Assembly: GCA_965219415.1 (NCBI GenBank)
Contig: OZ244742.1
Span: forward strand, 1,696,001-1,760,000
Reading direction: 5' to 3'
DNA from: Candidatus Marinacidobacterales bacterium
GTDB taxonomy: Bacteria > Acidobacteriota > Vicinamibacteria > Marinacidobacterales > DATDRI01
Length of the DNA stretch: 64,000 nt
In this document: one piece after another, positions 1 to 11,073 of the stretch
Position numbering within the stretch: position 1 is the stretch's first letter
Layout: each line of letters opens with the position of its first letter
Made by a program: the position numbers and the translations under genes
Notes under the pieces: model-generated
Seen by the model: only the letters and a program-made list of their open reading frames with translations
Database searches by the model: none
Told to the model about the DNA's origin: nothing

Positions 1-37
1 CCCAGTCCTGTATCCACTTGGCGATCCAAATACTCAT
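1..37 (-). CDS. possible 5' end of a gene running off the window edge (MSIWIAKWIQDW...)
   Basis: ATG at 37 on the minus strand with GAAGGTG just upstream; only 12 codons visible. Confidence 0.25.
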   Translation of the reverse strand, partial: MSIWIAKWIQDW

Positions 38-295
38 GATGGACACCTTCGCGGTGGAAGGTGACGCAGAAACAAGCTGACTCCCTTTCCGAGACAACCC
101 TTGCCTTCATCCTGAAAATGTGCTTGAATAGTTCGTATTCGACGGAGATAACTGTTCGTGACGCGCCGGTAGCGATCAGGCCCCTAATCCCTCACGTGCA
201 ACCGTATTTCTTCTCTCTCACTCGAACCTGTCGGCCTGATCGTCGAACAAAGCCGTCGTGAGGTCTCCGCTTGGCAAACAGGAGAGACATGGAAG

Positions 296-571
296 ATGAA
301 TATATACGTTGGGAATCTCCCGTTTAGTACTACCGAGTCGGATCTAAAAGAGGCGTTCGAGGGATTCGGCCAAGTTGACTCCACAAGCATCATTATGGAC
401 CGACACACGAACCAGTCTCGCGGATTTGGTTTCGTGGAGATGGCCGATTCCGGTGAAGCAAAGGCGGCCATCGAGGCTCTGAACGGCAAAGACATGCAAG
501 GACGCGCGCTCCGAGTGAATGAAGCGCGCCCCCGGAACGACCGCGACGATCGGAAGCCGCGCCGATTCTAG
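296..571 (+). CDS. RRM/RNP-1 RNA-binding protein
   Basis: RNP2 (IYVGNL) and RNP1 (RGFGFVEM) motifs, Arg-rich tail, AGGAG/GGAAG upstream. Confidence 0.95.
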   Translation: MNIYVGNLPFSTTESDLKEAFEGFGQVDSTSIIMDRHTNQSRGFGFVEMADSGEAKAAIEALNGKDMQGRALRVNEARPRNDRDDRKPRRF

Positions 572-641
572 TCCCAGTAAACTTTACCAGCCCGTTATCC
601 CACCCTTTTACAAACCAGGGCCGGTCGGTTAGGCTCTCCGC

Positions 642-1451
642 GTGGAGGAAGGGCCTAAACCCGTTGGACTCCGTGTCACCGACCTCACTCTTCGCTTCGG
701 CGGCGTGGCCGCCCTCACCGACATAAACCTCGAATTGCGGCGAGGCGAGGTCCTCGCCATCATTGGGCCGAACGGCGCCGGCAAAACAAGCCTCCTCAAT
801 TGCATCAGCGGACTTTGTCGTCCCCAACAAGGCTCGATTCAGTTCACCGACAGAGATCGAGCCGCGCACGAGCTCACCCGCAAACGACCGCACCAGATCG
901 CTCGCCTCGGAATAGCTCGCTCGTTTCAGAACATCGAGCTCTTCCGCCATATGACGGTGCTCGAAAACCTGATGTTGGGGCGCCATGTCCACATGCGAGG
1001 AAACGTGCTGAGCTGCGGAGTCTACTGGCTCCGACAACAAGACGAGGAGATCGCTCACCGCAAGCACGTCGAAACGGTCATCGACTTCCTCGAAATCGAG
1101 AACATCCGACATCAGGCGGTGGGCACACTAGCCTACGGCCTTCAAAAGCGCGTGGAGCTCGGCCGAGCTTTGGCGCTAGATCCCCACACCCTTCTCCTCG
1201 ATGAACCGATGGCAGGAATGAACGTGGAAGAAAAGGAAGACACGGCTCGATTTATCCTCGACATCAACGAAGAGTGGGGCGTCACCACCGTTCTCATCGA
1301 ACACGACATGGGCGTGGTGATGGATCTCTCTAACCGATTGGTGGTTTTGGACTTCGGACGGAAAATTGCCGAGGGGACACCTCAAGACATACGCCGGGAT
1401 CCCCGTGTGGTCCAAGCCTACCTGGGAGAGGAGTCCCGGAGCAGCTCGTGA
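642..1451 (+). CDS. Liv-type ABC transporter ATP-binding subunit (LivG-like)
   Basis: Walker A GPNGAGKT, LLLDEP, EHDM, C-terminal VVQAYLG. Confidence 0.93.
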   Translation: MEEGPKPVGLRVTDLTLRFGGVAALTDINLELRRGEVLAIIGPNGAGKTSLLNCISGLCRPQQGSIQFTDRDRAAHELTRKRPHQIARLGIARSFQNIELFRHMTVLENLMLGRHVHMRGNVLSCGVYWLRQQDEEIAHRKHVETVIDFLEIENIRHQAVGTLAYGLQKRVELGRALALDPHTLLLDEPMAGMNVEEKEDTARFILDINEEWGVTTVLIEHDMGVVMDLSNRLVVLDFGRKIAEGTPQDIRRDPRVVQAYLGEESRSSS

Positions 1452-3340
1452 GCGACACCCTTCCCCAGCTGCTTCTAGAAAACGCACGCCGCTCGGGCAA
1501 CAAAGTCGCCCTGCGGAAAAAGGAGTTCGGTGTCTGGCAAACCGTGACGTGGAACGAGTACCTGGAGCGGGTGCGTAATTTTTCCCTCGGCCTCGTTCAC
1601 CTTGGCCTGGAACCCGGAGACAAAGTCGCTATCGTCGGGGACAATCGACCAGAGTGGATCATCGCCGAGCTAGCCACACAAGCCGCCGGTGGAACATCGA
1701 TCGGAATCTATCAGGACTCGGTACCTTCGGAAGTACAGTACCTGGTGGACGCCTCCGACGCGCGGTTCATCGTCGCCGAAGACCAGGAACAGATCGACAA
1801 AATTCTGGAGATCTCGGACCGGTTGCCGAAGATTCGGAACGTCGTCTACTACGACCCTCGAGGGCTGAGGGGCTATCAAGAGTCCATCCTCATCCCGTTC
1901 TCTAAAGTTGAGGACCTCGGTATCGAAGAAGGAACGACACATCCCGGCCTATTCGAAAGAAACGTCGCCAACGTCAACACGACCGATATCGCGATCTTCT
2001 CCACGACCTCTGGAACAACCGCCAAGCCGAAACTCGCCATGCTGTCTCACGCGAACCTCATTAGCATGGGTCGCATGCTACCCCGTGTCGATCTGATGAG
2101 CCCGGATGACGAGTTTCTTTCTTTCCTTCCATTGGCATGGATCGGCGAGCAAACGTTCGCCATCGCCTGTGGCCTTTGTGTTGGCTTCACGATCAACTTT
2201 CCCGAAGAACCAGAGACCGTTCAAGAGAATTTGCGCGAGATTGGACCGCACTCCATGTTCTCGCCTCCCAAGATTTGGGAAAACATGGTCTCTCGCATTC
2301 AGGTAAAGATGGAGGACGCCTCCCGACTCAAGCGCGCAGTCTATGATTGGGCGTTGTCCATCGGATACCGAGCCGCCGACCGCGGGGTCTCCGGCGAAAG
2401 CCTACCCGCATCGTTACGCTGGCAGTACGTTTTGGCGGAGTATCTGTGTTTCTTTTGGATCAAAGACAAGCTCGGCCTCCGAAGATTGAAGCGCGGCTAC
2501 ACTGGAGGCGCGGCACTTGGCCCCGACATCTTCCGCTTCTTCCATGCTATCGGCGTCAACCTCAAACAGATCTACGGCCAGACCGAAGTCTCGGGTATCT
2601 CGGTCCTTCATCGCGACGGCGACATCAAGTTCCAAACCGTGGGCTTAGCTACCCCCGAGACCGAACTACGAATCACCGAGAACGGTGAGATCGTGACCAA
2701 GAGTCCGCGCGTGTTCCACGGCTACTACAAAGATCCGGAGGCAACGGAGCAGGCGCTTGCGGATGGATGGCTCCACTCGGGAGATGCCGGATACCTCGAT
2801 GAAGCCGGTCATTTGGTGGTCATCGATCGGGCAGCCGATGTCATGACGCTGGCGGACGGAACCAAGTTCAGCCCGCAGTTCATCGAGAACAAGCTCAAGT
2901 TCAGCCCTTATGTCAAAGAGGCGGTGGTGTTCGGCGGTGACTGGCCCTTTGTCACATCTTTCATCACCATCGACTACGAAAACACCGGCAAATGGGCGGA
3001 GAAGAGACAGATCCCCTACACCACGTTTACCGACCTGGCCCAGAAGGATTTCATTATCGGGCTGGTTCGTGAGCAGGTCGAACGCACCAACCAGGACCTG
3101 CCACAGGCGGCACGAATACGACGATTCCTGTTGTTGCACAAAGAGCTGGACGCCGATGATGCCGAGCTGACCCGGACCCGCAAGGTCCGCCGCTCATTCA
3201 TCGGCGAACGATACCAAGCACTGCTCTCGGCTCTCTACAGTGAAGCCACCTCGGTCAGCATAGGAACGACTATCACTTATCAGGATGGCCGCACCGCAAA
3301 CATCCAAACCGAGCTCGAAATAGAGACGGTGGGGACCTGA
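1448..3340 (+). CDS. long-chain acyl-CoA synthetase (AMP-binding)
   Basis: TTSGTTAKPK, YGQTE, GWLHSGDAG, LTRTRKVRR; GTGA overlap with the upstream gene. Confidence 0.92.
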   Translation: MSDTLPQLLLENARRSGNKVALRKKEFGVWQTVTWNEYLERVRNFSLGLVHLGLEPGDKVAIVGDNRPEWIIAELATQAAGGTSIGIYQDSVPSEVQYLVDASDARFIVAEDQEQIDKILEISDRLPKIRNVVYYDPRGLRGYQESILIPFSKVEDLGIEEGTTHPGLFERNVANVNTTDIAIFSTTSGTTAKPKLAMLSHANLISMGRMLPRVDLMSPDDEFLSFLPLAWIGEQTFAIACGLCVGFTINFPEEPETVQENLREIGPHSMFSPPKIWENMVSRIQVKMEDASRLKRAVYDWALSIGYRAADRGVSGESLPASLRWQYVLAEYLCFFWIKDKLGLRRLKRGYTGGAALGPDIFRFFHAIGVNLKQIYGQTEVSGISVLHRDGDIKFQTVGLATPETELRITENGEIVTKSPRVFHGYYKDPEATEQALADGWLHSGDAGYLDEAGHLVVIDRAADVMTLADGTKFSPQFIENKLKFSPYVKEAVVFGGDWPFVTSFITIDYENTGKWAEKRQIPYTTFTDLAQKDFIIGLVREQVERTNQDLPQAARIRRFLLLHKELDADDAELTRTRKVRRSFIGERYQALLSALYSEATSVSIGTTITYQDGRTANIQTELEIETVGT

Positions 3341-4213
3341 GTGGACGTCTTTCTTCAACTCACTCTCTCGGGAATCAGCAACGGAATGATCTACGCGCTC
3401 ATCGCCGCGGGCTTCGTCATCATTTACAAGTCGAGCGATGTGATCAACTTCGCACAGGGCGAGTTCCTTTTACTTGGAGCCTATATCGCGACCGCCTTCA
3501 TCGCGCAGTTCGGTTTGCCGTGGAGTGTCGGCGTTCTCCTGACTCTAACTGCGGCCATTCTGCTCGGGCTCCTCGTCGAGCGACTGGTGCTGCGTCCTCT
3601 CATCGGCGAGCCTCTGATCTCGATGATCATGGTGACCATCGCTCTATCGAGTGTGCTGAAGGCGGTCGTCCTTGCAGTGTGGGGCACCAGACCGCGTGCC
3701 TTCCCGAGTTTCATACCCTCCACAGAGATCGTCGCCGGCACGGTCACATTAGGCGCCGATCGGTTCCTGATCATCGGCCTGACCGGTCTTCTCCTAGCCC
3801 TGGTGGGTCTTTTCTTTCGCTTCACGAGAGACGGCATCGCGATGCGAGCGATCGCCGACGACCAACAGGCCGCCTTGAGTATGGGGATCAGTATTCGCCG
3901 GATTCTTGCGGTGGCCTGGGCGATGTCAGCCGTTTGCGCGGCCGTCGGGGGAATTCTCCTCGCCAATATCGTGGGTGTCAGCCAAGAGATTAGCTCTATC
4001 GGTTTGAGGGTTTTCCCGGTGGTGATTCTGGGCGGGTTGGACTCCATTGCCGGAGCGATCCTCGGTGGAGCCATCATCGGTCTCCTCGAGGCGTACACCG
4101 CCGGATACATCGGCCACGGGCTGAATATGGTCGTGCCCTTCGTCGTTTTGATTCTGGTACTCATGGTGCGCCCCTATGGTCTCTTCGGCCGCGTGAAGAT
4201 CGAGCGGGTGTAG
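3341..4213 (+). CDS. Liv-type ABC permease (LivH-like)
   Basis: INFAQGE, GIAMRAIADD, ILGGLDS, RPYGLFG; hydrophobic. Confidence 0.92.
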   Translation: MDVFLQLTLSGISNGMIYALIAAGFVIIYKSSDVINFAQGEFLLLGAYIATAFIAQFGLPWSVGVLLTLTAAILLGLLVERLVLRPLIGEPLISMIMVTIALSSVLKAVVLAVWGTRPRAFPSFIPSTEIVAGTVTLGADRFLIIGLTGLLLALVGLFFRFTRDGIAMRAIADDQQAALSMGISIRRILAVAWAMSAVCAAVGGILLANIVGVSQEISSIGLRVFPVVILGGLDSIAGAILGGAIIGLLEAYTAGYIGHGLNMVVPFVVLILVLMVRPYGLFGRVKIERV

Positions 4214-4233
4214 AGCGCGCATTAAGGCACTAG

Positions 4234-5277
4234 ATGGAATCCGGAATCTTCCACACCACCTACCAGGCCGACATGGCCTTGAGACGCCGCGTCTTCGAAA
4301 AAGTGAGACTCGGCCTCTTCGTCGCCTTTCTAATCGTGTTCCCGTTTTTCGCCACACCGTACGCGTTGAGTCTGGCGAACCAGATCGCCATCGCGACCGT
4401 GGGTGCCATCGGTCTCAACATCTTGGTTGGCTACACCGGCCAGATCTCTCTGGGTCAGGGGGCTTTCATGGCCATCGGAGCCTATGGTGCCGGCATCTTC
4501 ACGGCCCGCCTCGGAATACCTTTCTGGCTGAGCATTCCGATGGCGAGTTTACTCACGGCGGCCATCGGCCTCGTCTTCGGCTTGCCGTCGCTTCGCCTCA
4601 AAGGCCTGTACCTGGCCATCGCGACTCTCGCCGCGCAGCAAATCGTGGAATGGACGGTGACACATTGGACCGGATTGACCGGTGGCACAGAAGCGCTGGT
4701 GGTGCCCGCACCCACGCTGTTCGGGGTGCCCGTCAACAGCGGTTTTCGCTTTTATTGGATCTCGGCCGGGCTCGCAGGCTTGACCGCACTCTTTACGGCG
4801 AATCTGTTCCGATCCCGCGTCGGGCGCGCCTTCGTTGCGATTCGCGATCAAGACATTGCGGCGAGCGCACTCGGGGTCAACGTCTTCTACTACAAGCTGC
4901 TGGCCTTTGCGACGTCCTCTTTTTTCGTCGGAATGGCGGGAGCCCTACTGGCTCACTACCGCACCATCGTGACGTGGGAGCCTTTCACGCTCGAGACCAG
5001 CATCCGCTATCTGGCCATGATCATCATCGGAGGGTTAGGATCGATTGTCGGTTCGTTTTTCGGCGCAACGTTCATGGTTTTGCTGCCCGCCGTCATCACC
5101 ACCGTTGGCCGCAGCCTTCAAACAACGGCTCCCACCATGGCCAGCCTTCTGCCGGCCGCCCAGCAAGCGGCCTTCGGGATCGTCATCATCCTTTTCTTGA
5201 CTTTGGAGCCGGAGGGCCTCGCCAAAATGTGGAAGAACGTCAAGAACTATTTTCATGTTTGGCCCTTTTCCTACTGA
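4234..5277 (+). CDS. Liv-type ABC permease (LivM-like)
   Basis: GYTGQISLGQGAF, LRLKGLYLAIATL, GRAFVAIRD, EPEGL. Confidence 0.92.
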   Translation: MESGIFHTTYQADMALRRRVFEKVRLGLFVAFLIVFPFFATPYALSLANQIAIATVGAIGLNILVGYTGQISLGQGAFMAIGAYGAGIFTARLGIPFWLSIPMASLLTAAIGLVFGLPSLRLKGLYLAIATLAAQQIVEWTVTHWTGLTGGTEALVVPAPTLFGVPVNSGFRFYWISAGLAGLTALFTANLFRSRVGRAFVAIRDQDIAASALGVNVFYYKLLAFATSSFFVGMAGALLAHYRTIVTWEPFTLETSIRYLAMIIIGGLGSIVGSFFGATFMVLLPAVITTVGRSLQTTAPTMASLLPAAQQAAFGIVIILFLTLEPEGLAKMWKNVKNYFHVWPFSY

Positions 5278-5421
5278 AACCGCCCACTCGATTCTGAATG
5301 AGGCCAAAAGGCAGCACCCCTCCATGACAAGATAAGCGATTCCCCAGCTTATAGATCGCCTGAGCTCGTGGGGATATCCCCCCTAGACATTTTTCTCCCG
5401 CTCGCGCCACGTATCCTTCGT

Positions 5422-5442
5422 TATAATCGGGCCCGAAGGAGC
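5422..5442 (+). promoter_or_regulatory. -10 box (TATAAT) and RBS (AAGGAG) for the large secreted-protein gene
   Basis: TATAAT at 5422-5427, AAGGAG 5 nt before ATG 5448; no clear -35. Confidence 0.45.
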
Positions 5443-5447
5443 CTGCC

Positions 5448-8400
5448 ATGAAACGGTACCGGCTTGTTCCGCAAAGGAATTTCCAAGCGATCGTCCTGTT
5501 ACTGACTTTGCTGGTTGGCCGGTCCGATGTAACGGCGCAGACCCGCGAACGGCGTAACTTCTACGGCATGCACAACCTGAAGGACGGCGGAACCTCCATC
5601 CCCGAGGGCATGAATTGGACCCGACACATGGTCGGCGAGGGGGGGGTTGGGTCTTCGACTGGGTGCGCGGGGACTACGGCAAGTGGGTCGTCGACGCGAT
5701 GGATCGCGGCCTCATTCCCGTCCTGAGAGTTCAAAGACTGCAACGGAGGATGCGATCCGGGAGACGGCCATCCGGGAATCGTCGCCTCCATCATCAGACA
5801 ACACCTCGAAACGCATCGACCCGAATATCTCGACCGGCTCGTTTATTTCCAGATCTGGAACGAGCCGGGCGACTCGCGCGATTTCGTGAGCCCCGCTCGC
5901 TATGCCAGCCATCTGGTGGCGGCTTACGACGGGGTCAAGCGAGCCGATCCGAACGACGTCTTCCGCGTCATGACACCGGGCCAGAACGGCGAGGCGTGGT
6001 GGGAAGAGGCGATACGTGCCGTCCCAGCCGTGTGCCAGGCCTTCGATGTTTGGGCCACCCATCCCTATCCGGAGTCGTACCCTCCTCGCTACAACCACCA
6101 CGACGGGCGTTCCCTTCATCAACCAAGTCAAGACCATCGACAGCTACCTACTCGACCTGGACGTGGTAGGGCGTGTCTGCGACGAGGTGGGCTCACCCCG
6201 GCGGGGCTTTCCGGTCATGATCACAGAGACCATCTACGGAGACCATCTCGGGATCTCGTTCGAGGGCTACCCCAAAACGACGCGCGGCGCTGCCTGCAGC
6301 CCGGATGGACCCTGCGACTTCCAGATGGCGGCCGAGTACAACGTGGCGGCGTTCACTCAGTTTTGGCACAACTGGCCGGAAGTCCTCGCGGTGCACCCCT
6401 TCATCCTCAATAACTGGGCATGGGATCACTTTGCCTTGGTCAGCAAAACGAGTGGCTCGCGCGACTTCGATCCGATTCCGCCGTGGTGTCCGCCCCAGGA
6501 TCCCGGAGCTCAGACGTCGTGGCCCCCCGGGTATTCCGAGGGTGCGCAGCGATGTGGACTTCCCGACTTCCCCTACCCACAGTGCGTCGCACTCCTTCGA
6601 ACTCCGAAGCCCCTACCGGCTAGCCTCGAACCGTATCGGGGATCGGTAGGGAGCATCCGCGGGTTTCTTCGGCGCAGTGACACCGGCGAGCCAGTCAAGT
6701 ACGGCACGGTCTTCACCGATGGGCGTGAGTTCGGCGGGCCTTCTTTGTTTGACGGTCAGTACGCCATCAACGACATTCCGGCGGGCACCTACACCCTGAG
6801 CGTCGAGAAAGTAGGCTACCGATCGGAGTCAACCACCGTCACCGTCCAGGAAGGTCAGGAAGCCCAGGTGGACTTCAATCTCCTCTTCCAGGGGAAAGTA
6901 TCCAAGGGCATCTACTTCCAGAACCAAGGCACCTGCAGTAGCTGTGATCTTTTTGGCCCCTTTCTGGGTCAGACCGTCACGATTGCCGACGACGTGGGTT
7001 TCATCCAATTCGTTGCCGGCATGCCCAACGTCGGCAACTTGACGATCAAATTCTCCGTTCTCGAGGGCGGCCCCACCGGTCCCCAAGTCGGCCCGTCCGT
7101 GACAGCTCCCCTCGAGTGGGGAGGCGAGATGATCGGCGTCGAGTTTCCGGGCGACGGCGTTCCGGTCGAGCCCGGCCAGACCTATTTCATCAAGATGGAG
7201 AGAGAGGACGGGCAGGGAGTTTACATGTATGCCACCGACTCCGATCCCTACCCCGATGGCATCGCCTACCGCGGCAACGACCCTCTTCCCGGGATCGACC
7301 TGTTCGCGACGGTGCGCGGGCGCACGGTGGCCATTAACAGCGCGGCGGGTAGTATCGAAGGTTTGGTGGAGGACGCGGGCAACCTACCTCTCGCCGGTGC
7401 TCACATCTCCACGAATCCCGGCAACCACACCACCATGACCGACAGTAGCGGACAGTTTCTTTTGAGTGGGATACCAGCGGGCGTCTACGAGGTCACCGCT
7501 TCGTTTGCCGGATTCTCGTCCCTGACACTCAACGATGTCCTCGTCGTCGAAAATCAGACCACCACGCTGCCGTTCACTTTGGCAAAAGACATCAGCACCG
7601 GAGCCGTGACCGGCTCGGTTCTGGATCCGACTGGCGCTTCTGTTCCCAACGCCACGGTGCAGCTCCTTCCCGGCGGCCCTTCGGTCGCTACCGACTCGGC
7701 CGGAACGTTTTCGCTCGCCGGAATCGCTCCGGGAACGTATGACATGCGCGCAACCAAGACCAGATTCGTGGCCGACGAGAGGAGCGGAGTGCAAATCGTC
7801 GGTGGCGAAACGACGAACGTGGACTTCCAGCTATCTCCCGAGCCGCCGCCCCCGCCCCCAGACAATCTCATCGTCAATGGCGACTTCTCTCAGGGGGTCG
7901 ACGGCTGGTCGGTCTGGACGGAGCGTGGAGATCTGACCCCAACGGTCAACGGAAGCGGTGCGGTTCATCTGTCTGCGGTCGGACACAACGGCGGCGTCTA
8001 TCAATCTTTTGAAACCGGCGGGGCCGGCAACACCATCGATATCTTCGGCTCATGGGCGAGTGAGCCCACTGTCGTCCAGGCGCAGTGGGCCGAGGTACTC
8101 GTCATCAACGGTTCGGGTGTTCCGGCGACCGGGGTCGATTTGAACGAGAACACTCCCGGCGTCGTCATGATCTACAAGAACGACACCTGGGCCTCCCCCG
8201 GCGGATGGTCGGGCGAAATGGATCAAACGGCTCCCGTCAACAACATCGGTTCGTTCGTGGCGGCCGGCGACACCGCCACCATTGTGCTCAAGAGCGGGAA
8301 CCTACTCGGAGTGAGCTCGGGAACGCTTTTCGACGACATCGTGGTCCGTGGCCCTGCCGTCGTTCCTCCCCCTCCTCCTCCTGATAACCAATCACCGGTG

Positions 8401-10165
8401 GCCGCGGCCCAAGCCGATCCCGACTCGGGTAATGCACCCTTGACCGTGAGCTTCGACGGTTTCGCGTCTACCGATCCCGACGGCGACGTATTGACTTACA
8501 GCCGGAGCTTCGGCGATGGACAACAGGGGTCGGGCGCGATGGTGAGTCACACTTACGCAACGCCCGGCTCGTTCACCGCGGCGCTCACCGTTACCGACGG
8601 TCACGGCGGTTCCGACACGAACTCGGTGACCATCACCGTTAGCGATACCGTTCCTCCACCCATTCCTCCTTCGGTAGAGTGGGACTCCAGACTGGACACG
8701 CTAGGAGTGTTCTTGGATGGGGCGGATGTTGCGGTCGGCAGCTTCTACTGGAGGCTCGTGAGTGCGGACTTCGAAAGCGACGGGGAGATCCTCCCGCCGC
8801 CGGGAGGTGGAAACGAGTCCGGAGGCAGACACGCGGTTTTTGTCAAAGCCCTCAATGAAGACGGTTCCCCGGTTGAGAATCAGAAAGTCATCGCCTCTTG
8901 GCCCACCGGAAACCCTATTACCGCGGTCGATGTTTTAACCAAGGGCCCGCTCGACGATTTCTGGGGCGACTTCCCCATGTCCGGCGGGAATTGGTGTCCT
9001 TTTTTCCCCGAAGGTCCTCGCGGCCCTTTACGGCGCCTACATGGCCGACGCCACGAGCGATGCCGTCTGGGGCATGGGCATGCCGTGCAACCGTCGCGTC
9101 AGCTTTCGGCTGGTTTGGCGGTGGACCCGGAAAGCCGCAGACGATCCAAACAACGAGCCGTCCGCCTCGGTCTCGGCCGATCCCATCAACGGTAACACTC
9201 CGCTGGTGGTGACGCTCGACGGAAGTGGCTCGAGCGATCCGGACGGAGACCCGTTGACGTACGCCTGGAGCTTCGGGGATGGGCAAGCCGGCGCGGGCGC
9301 CGTCGTCTCCCACACTTATGAGCAAAGTGGATCATTCGACGCCACGCTGACGGTGGACGACGGGCGAAGCGGCACCGCGAGTACCACGATCCGCATCGAG
9401 GTCGGAAGTGTGGCGAACGCCCCTCCTATTGCGTCGGCTTCGGCCAGCACGACCGGCGGCATTCAACCCTTGACCGTGACGTTCGACGGAAGCGGCTCTT
9501 CGGATCCCGACGGAGACCCCATCGGCTACTCATTGGATTTCGGAGATGGCCAACAAGGCTCCGGGGTGAGCGTCAACCATACCTACGAATTCGCCGGCAA
9601 CTTTACCGCGCTTCTCACCATTGCGGATGGCCGGGGCGGCACCGACACCGCCGCCATCACCGTGACGGTGAGCTCGGTAGGCGGTGGAACCGGAAAAAGC
9701 AAGCTCACCATTCACGCCGGGTTCGGAGGACCTCTTTCCATGCAATTCGTGGCCGAGGCCAAGCCACGCATCATCAAGATCCTGGACTCCTTCAGCGCGG
9801 CCCCTGAAATCAAACGCATTTCACCGGAGACTCAAATCATCGGCCGAGCCTTTCTCGCCAACCAACCGATGGATGGTGATCCGATCCAACGCGCGCAGGA
9901 ATGGTGGAGCGGAAACGCCAACCTGATCCAGCAGTTTCCAGATGTGGACTACTGGGAGGGTTACAACGAACCCATCGTTCAGACGGTCGAGCTGATGGGT
10001 TGATACGCCCAGTTCGAGACGGAAAGGGTACGAATCCTAGCCGAGCATGGACTCAAGGCCGTCATCGCAAACTTCTCCGTGGGTAACCCCGACCTACCTC
10101 TGTGGCCGGCGTTTTATCCCGCGATCGATGCTGCCATCGCGCACGGGGGGATCTTGGGACTCCAC
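5448..10165 (+). pseudogene. large secreted multidomain protein (~1570 codons): GH-A-like domain, 3 CarboxypepD_reg-like, CBM-like, 3 PKD, second GH-A-like domain; frameshifted and 3'-truncated
   Basis: Joined across 1-nt indels near 5645, 5735, 6106 and 9027 and a TGA at 10001. Signal peptide; QIWNEP...HPY...MITET; PKD motifs (FDGSGSSDPDGD..YAWSFGDG); YWEGYNEP...GILGLH followed by an abrupt end. Confidence 0.75.
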
Positions 10166-10468
10166 TCCATCCTTTGCGCAAGCCGACGGCGGATCACCGT
10201 ATCGTTCTGGTCGAGGCCCATCGCGATCGCTTCGCGATAGAGGATTTCCTCGCGAATAAACTGCTTGATGAGACCTTCGAGCTCTCTCTCAGTCGGGGGA
10301 CGCCCTCCATTGCCGCTGCCAAAGGGCGCGCATGCGTTCGATATCATCGGCCATTACCTCGACTCGATTACCCCCGTCGGAAGGACCTCTCTTGAAAAGC
10401 GTGTACAGCCCGAAAAGGACGACCACGATAGCGAGGAAATGAAGCAAAGGATTGCGCTGCCATTTCAT
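10166..10468 (-). pseudogene. N-terminal fragment of a membrane-anchored PpiC/rotamase-family PPIase-like protein
   Basis: MKWQRNPLLHFLAI..., frameshift near 10300, RPPTERELEGLI..REEILYREAIAMGLDQNDTVIRRRLAQRME, then breaks off. Confidence 0.7.
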
Positions 10469-10563
10469 CGGTCAGAACAATACCCGGACTCAGCGGCCGG
10501 TGGAACCCGTAAAACTACGGGCTTTCTCGGAGGAAGCTTAATGAGCACGTAACAGCCTTTATT

Positions 10564-10938
10564 TCAATGGCTTGCACACACACCCGGCGTGTCCAGAAAC
10601 CCGGCGGCGGCTCGGTTGAACGCTCCAGGGTTCTCCAAGTTCGAGGTATGCCCCGCGTCCGGAAGAACGACTCGTTTCGACCCTGCTATCTTCTCGTGGA
10701 GGAAGCGGGTGCGCTCGTGCAAATCGATATGGTCGAGCTCGCCGACCAAGAGCAGCGTTGGCACGTTGATGAAATCCCGCTCAAAGAAATCGAACTGAGC
10801 GTCCCACTGCCGCGAATCCATCGCGCTACCACCGCCGACGAATACGATCGGGCAACCTCCTCCGGCCGTCTCGTAGTAGAGGGGCGTGGCGGACACGACG
10901 CTCAACACGGCCGTCCAAATCAAGACTGCATGCTTCAT
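10564..10938 (-). pseudogene. alpha/beta-hydrolase with a large internal deletion
   Basis: N-terminal LYYETAGGG..WDAQF joined directly to C-terminal VPTLLLVGELD..AGHTSNLENP; no GxSxG region. Confidence 0.7.
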
Positions 10939-11073
10939 GGCATTCTCCAACGACGCTGGTACGCTCCCTCCTGCACCTTCGTCATTGATGCATACTAGCA
11001 ATTCTCGACGGACCGGCCTGGACGTGCGAGCCGGTCGGTCTTAGAATCGGGTGGCGACGTACCGGAGGACCAC

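Noticed and set aside
8380-9670. Recurring GATCCCGACGG..TTCGG.GATGG motifs as CRISPR or DNA repeats
   Set aside because: They encode three PKD domains, vary at synonymous sites and are not regularly spaced.
10001-10003. In-frame TGA in the giant GH-like gene as Sec or a genetic-code change
   Set aside because: The context suits Trp rather than a redox Cys and there is no convincing SECIS. Many genes here end in TGA with ATGA/GTGA/TGATG coupling, so TGA is a normal stop.
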